From: Nitrososphaerota archaeon
Lineage (GTDB): Archaea; Thermoproteota; Nitrososphaeria; Conexivisphaerales; UBA164
Reading direction: 5' to 3'
Length of the DNA: 64,000 bases
Assembly: GCA_009903795.1 (NCBI GenBank)
Contig: WYER01000008.1
Location: forward strand, 5,684-69,683
The position numbers and the translations under genes are program-made. Positions 1-8,661 of the stretch are shown here, in pieces. The notes under the pieces were generated by a model that had not been told where the DNA came from, made no database searches, and saw only the letters and a list, made by a program, of their open reading frames with translations. Within the stretch, counting starts at the first letter, position 1. Every line of letters starts with the position of its first letter.

Positions 1-1150
1 TTCCTTCAACGTTTCCGCCAAGCAACACTTTTGCTCCTTTTGCTACAGCATCATCTATAAGAGATTTTATTCGCTGTGCTGCGTTTTTTGATATAACTGG
101 TCCAACTTTTACAGAAGGATCAGTTATAGGGTTACCGATTTTCCATAACTTAGCCTCTTCAACTATAAGCTCGACTAGTTTATCGGCAACTTCTTTTACA
201 GGCAGCACAGCGCTTATAGCATCGCACCTCTGCCCGGCGTTAGAAAGCGAACCGGCGACTATCTTTTTAGCGGCAGTCTTTAAATCAGCGTCAGCAAGAA
301 CTATACAGTAAGCCTTTCCTCCAAGCTCTAGATGAAGCTTCTTTATGCCGGCTACAGAACTAATTAATTTGCCTGTTTCAGTACTACCCGTGAAACTTAT
401 CATACCAATGTCCTTGTGTGAGGCTATTGCATTACCTATTACAGAACCAGGTCCTGTAACTGCATTTATCGTACCTTTGGGAAAACCAGCTAGATTGAGA
501 ATTTGAACGAACATAAGAGTTGAAAGCGGAGTTTCAGATGTTGGCTTAACTACTACACTGTTAGCAGCAAGCAGAGCGGGAATAATCTTAGATGCAGGAA
601 TATAAAGTGGATAGTTAAAAGGACCTATTGCTCCAACAACGCCGATCGGTTCCCGTATTACAAGGGCTATCTTCTGAGCTGTATCTTTTGACCAGTCGCC
701 GGGAAGGTATTCTCCAAATATCTTCCTTGCGTCCTCCATGGTAAGCTTCATCCTGAGGAAAAGCGATTCAACCTCTCCCTTGGCCCCCTCTCTAGTTTTT
801 CCTCCCTCGAGCATCAGAACTTTTATGAAGTCTTCCTGATGTTCCATTAGCAGATGTCTTGCTTCTTCCATCAATTCTATCCTTTCTATTCCAGCTATCT
901 CTCTAATCTTATATTGATTTTCTTTAGCAGATTTTACAGCTAGGTTTACATCATCTACAGACGCTCTATAGACATAACCTATAAGGCTGTCATCTACAGG
1001 AGACCTTAAAGCATCCTTTTGCGGGCTGTTCACCCATTTTCCATCAATAAAAAACTTAAAGTTCTTTATACCATTTTCAGCTTCAAAAATCTCGCTGAAC
1101 TCTTTTGAAAGATCCAACTCAGCAATTTTTTCGCTTGCTACATTGCTCAT
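1..1150 (-). CDS. aldehyde dehydrogenase family protein, N-terminal ~383 codons (C-terminus runs off the window); resembles archaeal non-phosphorylating GAP dehydrogenase (GAPN)
   Basis: Not in the ORF track because no stop lies in the window. My minus-strand translation from ATG 1150 reads MSNVASEKIAELDLSKEF...FFIDGKWV...REPIGVVGAIGPFNYP...VVVKPTSETPLS...ISFTGSTETG...LHLELGGKA...NAGQRCDA (ALDH glutamate and catalytic-Cys motifs). Confidence 0.8.
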   Translation of the reverse strand, partial: MSNVASEKIAELDLSKEFSEIFEAENGIKNFKFFIDGKWVNSPQKDALRSPVDDSLIGYVYRASVDDVNLAVKSAKENQYKIREIAGIERIELMEEARHLLMEHQEDFIKVLMLEGGKTREGAKGEVESLFLRMKLTMEDARKIFGEYLPGDWSKDTAQKIALVIREPIGVVGAIGPFNYPLYIPASKIIPALLAANSVVVKPTSETPLSTLMFVQILNLAGFPKGTINAVTGPGSVIGNAIASHKDIGMISFTGSTETGKLISSVAGIKKLHLELGGKAYCIVLADADLKTAAKKIVAGSLSNAGQRCDAISAVLPVKEVADKLVELIVEEAKLWKIGNPITDPSVKVGPVISKNAAQRIKSLIDDAVAKGAKVLLGGNVEG

Positions 1151-1261
1151 AGTTAGTTTTATGATTTAAGTACCTTATTTACTTTTATAACATTTTTATC
1201 TTTAATAATTATAAGGATAAATAAGGAAAAATTAATATTTACCTTTGAAAAAAAATATTTT

Positions 1262-1630
1262 GTGAAAAAAAGCGGTTTAGGCCCATTGGAGATAAAGATA
1301 CTTTCTGTTTTATCGGAGCTTAAAGAAGCTACAGTAAAACAAGTTTATAATTCACTACAAAAAGATTACAGAAACATTGCAATTACTACTGTTGCAACAG
1401 TTCTTGACAGACTTTTTAAAAAGGGCCTTGTAGAAAGGACTTTAGTATATGATGGAAAGCCATCTTATGTTTACAGGGTTTCTTCAAGTATATCTAAAAA
1501 CGAGAAAACCATGTCTTTAATTATAGATTTTCTAAAGGCTTTTAAGGAGCCTATGAAATTTTATTTTGCTTCAAACAGCGATATACCACCTGATGAACTA
1601 GAAAATATATTTAAAGCATTAGAAGAATGA
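1262..1630 (+). CDS. BlaI/MecI/CopY-family winged-helix transcriptional repressor
   Basis: GTG start. N-terminal LGPLEIKILSVLSELKEATVKQVYNSL...TTVATVLDRLFKKGLVER matches the Penicillinase_R pattern. A membrane metalloprotease gene follows 2 nt downstream. Confidence 0.7.
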   Translation: MKKSGLGPLEIKILSVLSELKEATVKQVYNSLQKDYRNIAITTVATVLDRLFKKGLVERTLVYDGKPSYVYRVSSSISKNEKTMSLIIDFLKAFKEPMKFYFASNSDIPPDELENIFKALEE

Positions 1631-1631
1631 A

Positions 1632-2579
1632 TTGATTCTAATAACTTTTGTAAAAATCCTTGGATATTTAATAATTATAAGACCATTGATAATTAAGCTA
1701 AGCATTACTATATCTATCATAGGGTTGTTAAGCTTTTTGTTCTGGCGGAATAGTAAAAATTTTGCAGGAAAATTGCTAATGGCATTTTCAATGCTTTCCT
1801 TGATACCATATATTTTTGTAGATTTACGTTTTGTAATAGGTGAATTTATGATAATTGCAAGAGCGGTTCTTTCTGCAAAGATTGACTTTATTTTAATGTT
1901 GAAGAAGTTTTGGCTAGTAGAACACGATCCTATATTTTGGGGCATTTCTATAAGCGCGCTGATCCTTTTTTATAGTATAACCTCTAAGCACAGAAGTCCT
2001 TTTCTTTTGCCATTAAACGACGAAGAAACTTTAAAGATAGTAAACAGCGTATCAAGTTTATTAAAAATACCCCCACCCAAGGTTTATGTTTTAAATACTG
2101 CGGAACCACAGCTTTACACTAACGCCAACAGATCTAAACCTTACATAGCTATATCTGTAGGCGCTTTTGAAACTTTTAACAGGGATGAACTTATTGCAGC
2201 GATAACTCACGAACTAGCTCATATAGCTAATAACGATAATGAAAACTTTCTCTTTTCTTTAATTTCTCTTGCCGGTACTGTATTTAATTTTCTAAACATA
2301 GTAAACTTTTTCTTAATAAAAATAGAATCAGAATATGCAGCAGATGAATCGGCTGCTAAGATGGTAGGCATAGAACCATTAGTAAGTGCTCTTCTTAAAG
2401 TATCTGGGATCGAACCAAGCTGGCATACAGGTAGCGGTTTTGTTCCATCAAAGTTTGACTTACTACTTTTTACCCCGCCAGTTAAAAAAAGAATAGCCAG
2501 GTTATTGAATCTTTATAAAAGAGGGCTTCTACCTAAGCAGGGATATGTCTTAAAGCTTTTTTATAATGAGAGAAAGTAG
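1632..2579 (+). CDS. membrane zinc metalloprotease, M48/M56 (BlaR1/HtpX-like)
   Basis: Hydrophobic N-terminal half, HELAHIANND (HExxH) and downstream ESEYAADESAA (third-ligand Glu/EAD-like). TTG start taken from the track, so the start is uncertain. Confidence 0.65.
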   Translation: MILITFVKILGYLIIIRPLIIKLSITISIIGLLSFLFWRNSKNFAGKLLMAFSMLSLIPYIFVDLRFVIGEFMIIARAVLSAKIDFILMLKKFWLVEHDPIFWGISISALILFYSITSKHRSPFLLPLNDEETLKIVNSVSSLLKIPPPKVYVLNTAEPQLYTNANRSKPYIAISVGAFETFNRDELIAAITHELAHIANNDNENFLFSLISLAGTVFNFLNIVNFFLIKIESEYAADESAAKMVGIEPLVSALLKVSGIEPSWHTGSGFVPSKFDLLLFTPPVKKRIARLLNLYKRGLLPKQGYVLKLFYNERK

Positions 2580-2583
2580 TCTG

Positions 2584-2625
2584 GGTTTCACTTTACGTAG
2601 GCGCGAATAGGTACGCATCAGCATA
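2584..2625 (+). repeat. repeat family D, copy 1 (GGTTTCACTTTACGTAGGCGCGAATAGGTACGCATCAGCATA)
   Basis: About 80% identical by eye to 51691-51732. Confidence 0.6.
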
Positions 2626-2990
2626 CCTATAATACGCGTAGAGCTTGGGCTTCACAGCTTCATGCAACTCCCTCACGAGTTCATCAGGAGTCTTTCGCTC
2701 CTGTTTAGACGTACCAACCCATTCATTATGTCCTCATGGGAAACCCGACCATCTTCAGTCCCCTTCCTCCTATATGTGTGCACGTACCCCTCCTTCTCTC
2801 TTTCTAAAGGAGGTCTTGTGTCTTTGCTACCACCCTACTGCCCATTCACACAAATCGTTCATATCCAGAAACACAAACCTATCTATTTTGAAACTGCAGA
2901 CTACGGCAGCTTTTATAACACGCCGAAGCCTTTTAATAAAGTAAATGACGTTTTTCGGGAGGTCGCTTGTTTGAGCGACACCTAACATAA
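2626..2990. other. pyrimidine-rich (+ strand) non-coding block; function unknown (decayed sequence or structured RNA)
   Basis: Only two overlapping + strand ORFs, with S/P/C/H-rich nonsense translations. No ORF of at least 60 aa on the minus strand. Hairpins CAGGAG-TCTTTCG-CTCCTG (~2686-2704) and GTCGCT-TGTTTG-AGCGAC (~2962-2979). Confidence 0.4.
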
Positions 2991-3029
2991 AAGGATAAAT
3001 TTATTAATACACAGGATATAAATTTAATC

Positions 3030-3704
3030 GTGAATTACGTTCTTTTTGATCTTTTTATAACTTCGTTTTTTATTTTATGGGTCTTTTACGTTATTACAGT
3101 GATTTCCAAAAAGGTTTATAGCTATTCGCTTTCAAAAAATTATGATGAAATTTCTGCAAGATATTTGAGCAGAAAAACAATTCACATACTGGCTGGTGGA
3201 GTCGTTGCTGTGTTTGTACCGTTTGTATATAAAGAACCCGTAACACCATTTATTCTAAGCCTTATTTTAACTGTTTTACTTTTGTTCAACAGAAGACAGA
3301 AAAAAATGATGGACTGGTTTCAAGAAGCTGGCAACTTTTACGAAGTAGACTTTACGGTCATGTGGGGGCTTTCAATACTTGTAGGCTGGTTTTTCGATAA
3401 AACTCTTTGGTTAGGCGTCCTGCCAGCTATATACATGTCTGTAGGAGATGGCGTAACTGGAATAGTGAGAATTATAATATCTAGAAAGAGATACAAAGGC
3501 ATCGAAGGGAGTTTGGCTATGTTTATTTCTATACTACCTTTCAGCATAATAATGGGTTATGGCGGATTGATTTCTGCCTTTGCTGGCACTTTGGCCGAAA
3601 AGCAAAACTTTATTGATGATAACATAGCTGTCCCTATAGTTTCCCTTTTAATATTAATTTTATTTAGGACAATTTATCCGCAATTGCTAAAAGGATTTTA
3701 TTGA
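3030..3704 (+). CDS. polytopic membrane protein of the CTP-dependent polyprenol (dolichol) kinase / phosphatidate cytidylyltransferase family
   Basis: Multiple TM segments. SRKTIHILAGG..., VGDGVTGIVR and KGIEGSLAMF resemble CTP_transf_1 motifs. GTG start. Confidence 0.5.
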   Translation: MNYVLFDLFITSFFILWVFYVITVISKKVYSYSLSKNYDEISARYLSRKTIHILAGGVVAVFVPFVYKEPVTPFILSLILTVLLLFNRRQKKMMDWFQEAGNFYEVDFTVMWGLSILVGWFFDKTLWLGVLPAIYMSVGDGVTGIVRIIISRKRYKGIEGSLAMFISILPFSIIMGYGGLISAFAGTLAEKQNFIDDNIAVPIVSLLILILFRTIYPQLLKGFY

Positions 3705-3717
3705 ATAATTTTTTATA

Positions 3718-4506
3718 ATGCTATCTATTGAACTGGCACAAATAGAAACTAGCAGAGAAAAAGAAAGAAATCTATCTAAAATAGAAAACATTATAAAAAG
3801 TTCTAAAGCTAACATGGTTGTATTTCCTGAATTCTCAAACTTTTATGTCTCAGACCTTAAGCCCAAAGAAGTTTATGATATGGCAGAAACCGACAATTCT
3901 GACTTTATGAATAAAATAATAACCGCTACAATGAATAATAAAAAGTGGGTTATTATAGGAGTTTATGAAAAAAGTGAGGAATATCCCAAAGTATATAGCA
4001 CTGTTTACGTTATCGAGCCAGGAGGAAAAATTATAGCCAAATACAGAAAAACACATCTTTTTAGAGCATTAGGTTATGACGAATCATTATATTTAAAACC
4101 TTCTGACAATAGCTTTGTTGTTTTTAAAATAAACAATTTTAAACTGGGAATCATGATTTGCTATGAAGTAAGGTTTCCAGAAATCGCCAGAAGCTTGGCC
4201 TTAAATGGTGCTGATGTCATAGTAATTCCAAGCGCATGGCTAAAAGGTTATAATAAAGAAGATCAATGGATTACTTTAACAAAATCAAGGGCTATGGAAA
4301 ATACAGTTTATGTCTTGACGTCTAACCAAATTGGAAATGTTTATACAGGAATAACGCTTGCAATAGACCCTGCAGGAATAATAAAGGCGAGAGCAAGCGA
4401 AAACGAAGAAACAATAGAAGTGAAAATAAGCAGAGAAAGGTTGGATCAGGTCAGAAAATATTTACCCTTACTCAATCAAAGGCGTCCTGAGCTTTATGAA
4501 CTTTGA
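3718..4506 (+). CDS. carbon-nitrogen hydrolase (nitrilase superfamily)
   Basis: Glu-Lys-Cys triad context: VVFPEF, YRKTHLF, GIMICYEVRFPE. Confidence 0.8.
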   Translation: MLSIELAQIETSREKERNLSKIENIIKSSKANMVVFPEFSNFYVSDLKPKEVYDMAETDNSDFMNKIITATMNNKKWVIIGVYEKSEEYPKVYSTVYVIEPGGKIIAKYRKTHLFRALGYDESLYLKPSDNSFVVFKINNFKLGIMICYEVRFPEIARSLALNGADVIVIPSAWLKGYNKEDQWITLTKSRAMENTVYVLTSNQIGNVYTGITLAIDPAGIIKARASENEETIEVKISRERLDQVRKYLPLLNQRRPELYEL

Positions 4507-4551
4507 TTGTTTTAAGGTTAACAAATAAATGTAAATAATACATGTCAATAA

Positions 4552-4779
4552 ATGTATACCATGCAAGAAGGTCCAAAATGTCCAAAATGCGGTAAACCTT
4601 TATCATATCTTAAAAGGATATGTACCGAATCAACTGAATATGAGCTTTCAGCTGATGGATGTTATGAAAAAGCTGAAACAAGCGAAGAAAAATGTAGTGG
4701 ATTCGCATGCCCTTTCTGCGGATTTATAATTGCTGAAGATGAAACAAGCGCTATTGAATTCTTAAGAAAAAGCAATTAA
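4552..4779 (+). CDS. small zinc-ribbon protein (two CxxC pairs)
   Basis: CPKCGKP ... CPFCGF. Confidence 0.5.
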   Translation: MYTMQEGPKCPKCGKPLSYLKRICTESTEYELSADGCYEKAETSEEKCSGFACPFCGFIIAEDETSAIEFLRKSN

Positions 4780-4812
4780 CCTTACATCACGCGCAGAAAA
4801 TATGCCCTAGGT

Positions 4813-4852
4813 TTACAAAATGAACAAAAGCCTTGCCTCTTCTAGAGGCGGG
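4813..4852 (+). repeat. repeat family C, copy 1 (TTACAAAATGAACAAAAGCCTTGCCTCTTCTAGAGGCGG, contains a hairpin)
   Basis: Near-identical inverted copy at 58897-58935. Confidence 0.65.
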
Positions 4853-4964
4853 GATGCTGAACCATTCCGTCCTTGCTAAAGTGTTTTCTCATGAAAAACG
4901 CGGTAACACAAATATTATTAGGTTAAATATAAAAAAATAAAAAAGCAAAAAACTAAAGTTTTAT

Positions 4965-5341
4965 TTAAGATTCATTATAGGAAAGCGCGAAAGCCCCGCC
5001 TATTATTCCGAGAATAGCCCCTATTACGAAACCTCCCATTCCGAAAAAACTGAAGATTGAAAACACTATTATTAATATACCCCATGTTGTGCTTTCTTCT
5101 GGTTTTGATTTAAGCATAAATGCCGAAATTAACACTATTGTGCCTGGTATTAGGCCTAAAAAGAGCATTATACCAAAAGCTAAAGTGGGCCAAAAAAGAA
5201 CATCATTCTGTGATATGGTACAAATATTAAAAAGAATGAAATAGCAAATAATATAAAAATGCCGCTCAGTATCATAAGTATTCCAGCTATTAAAGATAGC
5301 GTGTACGCTGTTTTTGGATAATTCTGTTTGTTAGTTAACAT
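4965..5341 (-). pseudogene. small membrane protein split by a frameshift in a homopolymer (A6 on + strand, 5192-5197)
   Basis: Upstream 53-codon ORF (5180-5341, MLTNKQNYPKTAYTLSLIAGILMILSG...HRMMFFFGPL*) continues in the frame of the 67-aa ORF 4965-5168 (..[18 protein letters not shown]..) if the T run on the coding strand has 7 rather than 6 residues. Confidence 0.45.
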
Positions 5342-5585
5342 TTTTATCGCCAGACAAAAGTTGATACATTGTCTTTATAGATTTTTCTTTCATAATAATT
5401 TTTTAGAGATATAATTTCTGTTATTGCAATAAAAGGCAATATTATATATATGTGAGATATAGTAAAACACTTTAAAACGATTTTGTTTGGTGCTTTTAAT
5501 TTTTATAAAATCATTGATTTATGCTGTAACAATTTTTATTTGCAATAAAAATGTTATGAATAAACATTATTTGTTTTAAAGGAAA

Positions 5586-5613
5586 CGTTGAAAACATATT
5601 ATGCGCGTTATGG
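5586..5613 (-). repeat. possible partial inverted copy of repeat family B core
   Basis: CGTTGAAAACATATTATGCGCGTTATGG compared with the reverse complement of AATGGTAAAGCGCATTATACGTTAA. Confidence 0.3.
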
Positions 5614-5845
5614 GTTTAGCATTAGCTTTTGTTGTATCAAAAGTTCAAAATTTAATTTTTTAATTATTTATAGAATATCGTACAGAAACGCTTTTAAAAC
5701 CTAGGCAAAATATTTTTATTAGCTATTCCATAATTAAATAATAACGCAAAGAACTTAACCCTTAAGACGTCGGCAGCCAACGCACTAAGGGCAGTGAGCA
5801 AGTCGTCGCTGTGTAAAAGAAGGCCAGGATAAGAATGATATAACG

Positions 5846-5903
5846 TTAAAATGAAGAAACCAGACTTGTCTGATATAATGATGACAAAAAAAACTGATTT
5901 TTA
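5846..5903 (+). ncRNA. candidate C/D-box sRNA
   Basis: C-like box ATGAAGA (5851-5857), 12-nt spacer AACCAGACTTGT, D' CTGA (5870-5873), 5-nt linker, C' TGATGA (5879-5884), 9-nt A-rich spacer, D CTGA (5894-5897). Only about 3 A-T terminal pairs. Confidence 0.25.
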
Positions 5904-5944
5904 TTCTCAAAAACTTTATCTAATGCTTGCTATTTAATTTAATC

Positions 5945-7366
5945 ATGATAGATGAAGAAATTGCGCATTTTGCCGTTCAGTATTCATCTAAGCTTGGTTT
6001 TAAATACTGTGAAGCTAGAGTGCAGCAAGATATCTATATATCTCAAAGTTTAAACAACGGAGCACCAGATGTACCGTTAAAGAGCGAATTTTACGGAATT
6101 GGAATCAGAGGGATTTATAAAGGCATAATGGGTTTTGCTTCTACAAATATTCTTACGAAAGAATCTGTAAGTAAAGCAGTAGAAGACCTTAAAAGGACAC
6201 TAGAAAGCGTTGCTGCAACCAGAAAGAACGAAAAGATAAAAATGTCTGAAGAGGATGTTTTAACAGCTAATTGGACCGTAGATGAAAGAACAAGGTTCGA
6301 AGACTTAAGTTTAGATTGGTTCTTAAAAGAAGCTAAAGAGTTAGACGATATTGTAAAAAGTGAAACAAAAATAAAACAGCGGCTCATCAAGTTAAAAGGA
6401 AGTCTGCAGCTGAAGTACTTCGTTAACTCTGAGGGCACGATAGTTAGAGCGAGGATACCAAGATACCTTTTTACAGCATTTATTACCGCTTACGAATCTT
6501 CAGACATAGCTCAGAGGTTTATTGAAATAGGTGGAAGCGGTGGACCTGAAGTACTTGACAAGCTTAATACGTTTGAGAAGTTTAAAAATGAGGTAAAAAC
6601 TATGACTAAAATCGTTGGAAAAAGAAACGCTATAAAAGAAGGCGCATATGACGTGATTGTAGGACCGGAAGTAGCAGGCATAATGGCGCACGAATCTATA
6701 GGACATCCTTTTGAGGCTGACCGAATAAGAGGAAGAGAAGGTGCACAGGGAGGAGAATCATATCTAAGGGATATAAAATCTAACAAAATAGGTAGTTCTG
6801 AAACTAACATTTCAGATGACCCCACAATACCTTTTTCATACGGATATTTTCTTTTTGATGAAGAAGGCGTTAAAGCAAGAAAAAAAGAGCTAGTTAAAGA
6901 AGGGTTAGTTAAGGAGTTGTTACATAACAGAGAAACTGCGGGCGAATTAGGTATAAAAAGTAATGCATCAGCAAGGGCAGCAAATTATAGTGTGGAACCG
7001 ATAATAAGAATGTCAAATACATATGTTGAACCCGGTGAATGGACATTTGAAGAAATGTTAAAAGATGTAAAAAATGGTCTGTTTATAAATTCCTTTATGG
7101 AATGGAATATAGACGACAGACGGCTTAATCAAAGATATGTTGGGTTCGAAGCATATAAAATAACTAATTCAGAAATATCTGAACCAGTAAAAGGAGTAAT
7201 TATAGAAACAACAACCTTAAACCTGTGGAGCAAGCTTTATGCAAGGAGTAAAGAATTAGAGTTTTCTGCAGCTACATGCGGAAAAGGCGACCCTGAACAA
7301 GGAGTTCCTGTTTGGACAGGAGGGCCATATTTATTGTTTAAAGGGCTAAATCTAAAGGTGAGATAA
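5945..7366 (+). CDS. tldD: TldD-family metalloprotease
   Basis: HESIGHPFEAD motif. Paired with a PmbA/TldE gene 3 nt downstream. The track ORF starts at TTG 5927, but ATG 5945 (MIDEEIAHF) is more likely. Confidence 0.85.
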   Translation: MIDEEIAHFAVQYSSKLGFKYCEARVQQDIYISQSLNNGAPDVPLKSEFYGIGIRGIYKGIMGFASTNILTKESVSKAVEDLKRTLESVAATRKNEKIKMSEEDVLTANWTVDERTRFEDLSLDWFLKEAKELDDIVKSETKIKQRLIKLKGSLQLKYFVNSEGTIVRARIPRYLFTAFITAYESSDIAQRFIEIGGSGGPEVLDKLNTFEKFKNEVKTMTKIVGKRNAIKEGAYDVIVGPEVAGIMAHESIGHPFEADRIRGREGAQGGESYLRDIKSNKIGSSETNISDDPTIPFSYGYFLFDEEGVKARKKELVKEGLVKELLHNRETAGELGIKSNASARAANYSVEPIIRMSNTYVEPGEWTFEEMLKDVKNGLFINSFMEWNIDDRRLNQRYVGFEAYKITNSEISEPVKGVIIETTTLNLWSKLYARSKELEFSAATCGKGDPEQGVPVWTGGPYLLFKGLNLKVR

Positions 7367-7368
7367 AA

Positions 7369-8661
7369 ATGATCGCAGATAAAGTTAAAAATTTGATTAA
7401 AAATTCTGTAGATCAGTTCTCGATAATAGAAAATGATGTCGACGAGTACATTGTAAGATTTTATAGTGGACAAGTATCAATAGCGGCTAAAAACAAGGTT
7501 CTATATTTACAGATGCTAGCAACTAAAGGCAAAAAGAAAGTTTTTAAAGTCATTACTGACGTGAACTCGTTAGAAAACAGCGTTGAGGATGCGTTAAAGA
7601 TACTTGAACTTACAGAAGAAGGAGAAGTTCCAGAAATATATCCTAAAGCCTCATATTCTAGTAAAGAAATTTCAGATAAAGAGATAGAATTTGAAGAAGC
7701 TCTGAATAAAGTCATAAATTCAATAGAACAGGCGTATGAATTAGGAATAGACAGAACAGCGGGAATAGCAAAACTTTACAAGACAAAATTTTATCTTTTA
7801 ACATCAACTGGGAATGAAAAAGAAGAGACCAGGACAGATTATATTTATTATATAAGAGCCTTTAAAGGTAACGGTAGTGGTTTTGGTAACTCCGTTTCGA
7901 CATCGATCAAGCGTTTTGACCCTAGCGTTGCAGCAACAGAAGCCGCTGAGTATGCAGTGAAGTCAGAAGCTCCGAAGCATATTTCTGAAGGAAAATACAA
8001 TGTCATACTTTCCCCTCCAATAGCTTCAACTATATTTGAGCTCGTAGCAGAAATGTGTTCTGCCTATTCTATAGATGTTGGTTTTTCATTTCTGAAAGAT
8101 AAAATAGGGGAATTTATAGCGCCAAAGGAACTAAACGTGACAGATTATGGGCAGATAGAGGATGGGGTTAACAGCAGATCTTTTGATGATGAAGGAACTC
8201 CTACCAGCACTACAAAGCTAATAGAATCAGGAAGGTTTGTCTCTGCGATACACAATTCTATTACAGCAAAAAAATGGGGAACCAAAACAACAGGAAATGC
8301 GGGAGTAATAGAACCATCGCCTTGGAACGTAGTAGTTGAAGGCGGAAATGCAGATATAGACGAAATGATAAAAGAAATAAAAGAAGGGGTCTTTATAACA
8401 AACAACTGGTACACGAGATTTAACAACTATAGAACTGGCGAGTTTTCTACAATAATACGTGACGCCGCTTTCTATATTAAGAACGGAGAAATTAGCCATC
8501 CTGTTGCAAACATAAGGCTTTCAGATTCTTTACCAAGGTTATTAAACTCGATAAAGATGATATCTCAAAATACTCGCTGGATCAAATGGTGGGGAGAAGT
8601 AGTAACACCTGTAAAATCGCCATATATTTTGGTAGATGGCACAACATTAACGGTACCTTAA
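7369..8661 (+). CDS. pmbA: PmbA/TldE-family protein
   Basis: TldD/PmbA-fold C-terminal region (GVNSRSFDDEGTPT..., GVFITNNWY). Adjacent to tldD. Confidence 0.8.
   Translation: MIADKVKNLIKNSVDQFSIIENDVDEYIVRFYSGQVSIAAKNKVLYLQMLATKGKKKVFKVITDVNSLENSVEDALKILELTEEGEVPEIYPKASYSSKEISDKEIEFEEALNKVINSIEQAYELGIDRTAGIAKLYKTKFYLLTSTGNEKEETRTDYIYYIRAFKGNGSGFGNSVSTSIKRFDPSVAATEAAEYAVKSEAPKHISEGKYNVILSPPIASTIFELVAEMCSAYSIDVGFSFLKDKIGEFIAPKELNVTDYGQIEDGVNSRSFDDEGTPTSTTKLIESGRFVSAIHNSITAKKWGTKTTGNAGVIEPSPWNVVVEGGNADIDEMIKEIKEGVFITNNWYTRFNNYRTGEFSTIIRDAAFYIKNGEISHPVANIRLSDSLPRLLNSIKMISQNTRWIKWWGEVVTPVKSPYILVDGTTLTVP

Noticed and set aside
2645-2985. Two overlapping + strand ORFs (99 and 107 aa) in the pyrimidine-rich block
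   Set aside because: Their translations are S/P/C/H-rich low-complexity strings with no motif. The two ORFs overlap in different frames, which is the expected artefact of a stop-poor C/T-rich stretch.
2580-2990. Identification of this block (or 58313-58896) as RNase P RNA, SRP RNA or a group II intron
   Set aside because: I could not find GGAAAGUCC/ACAGAA (RNase P), the GGUCCGGAAGG-type Alu/helix-8 motifs (SRP), or GUGYG with a domain V consensus (group II). AGAGGAAAGTGCC on the minus strand near 58605 is only a partial match.
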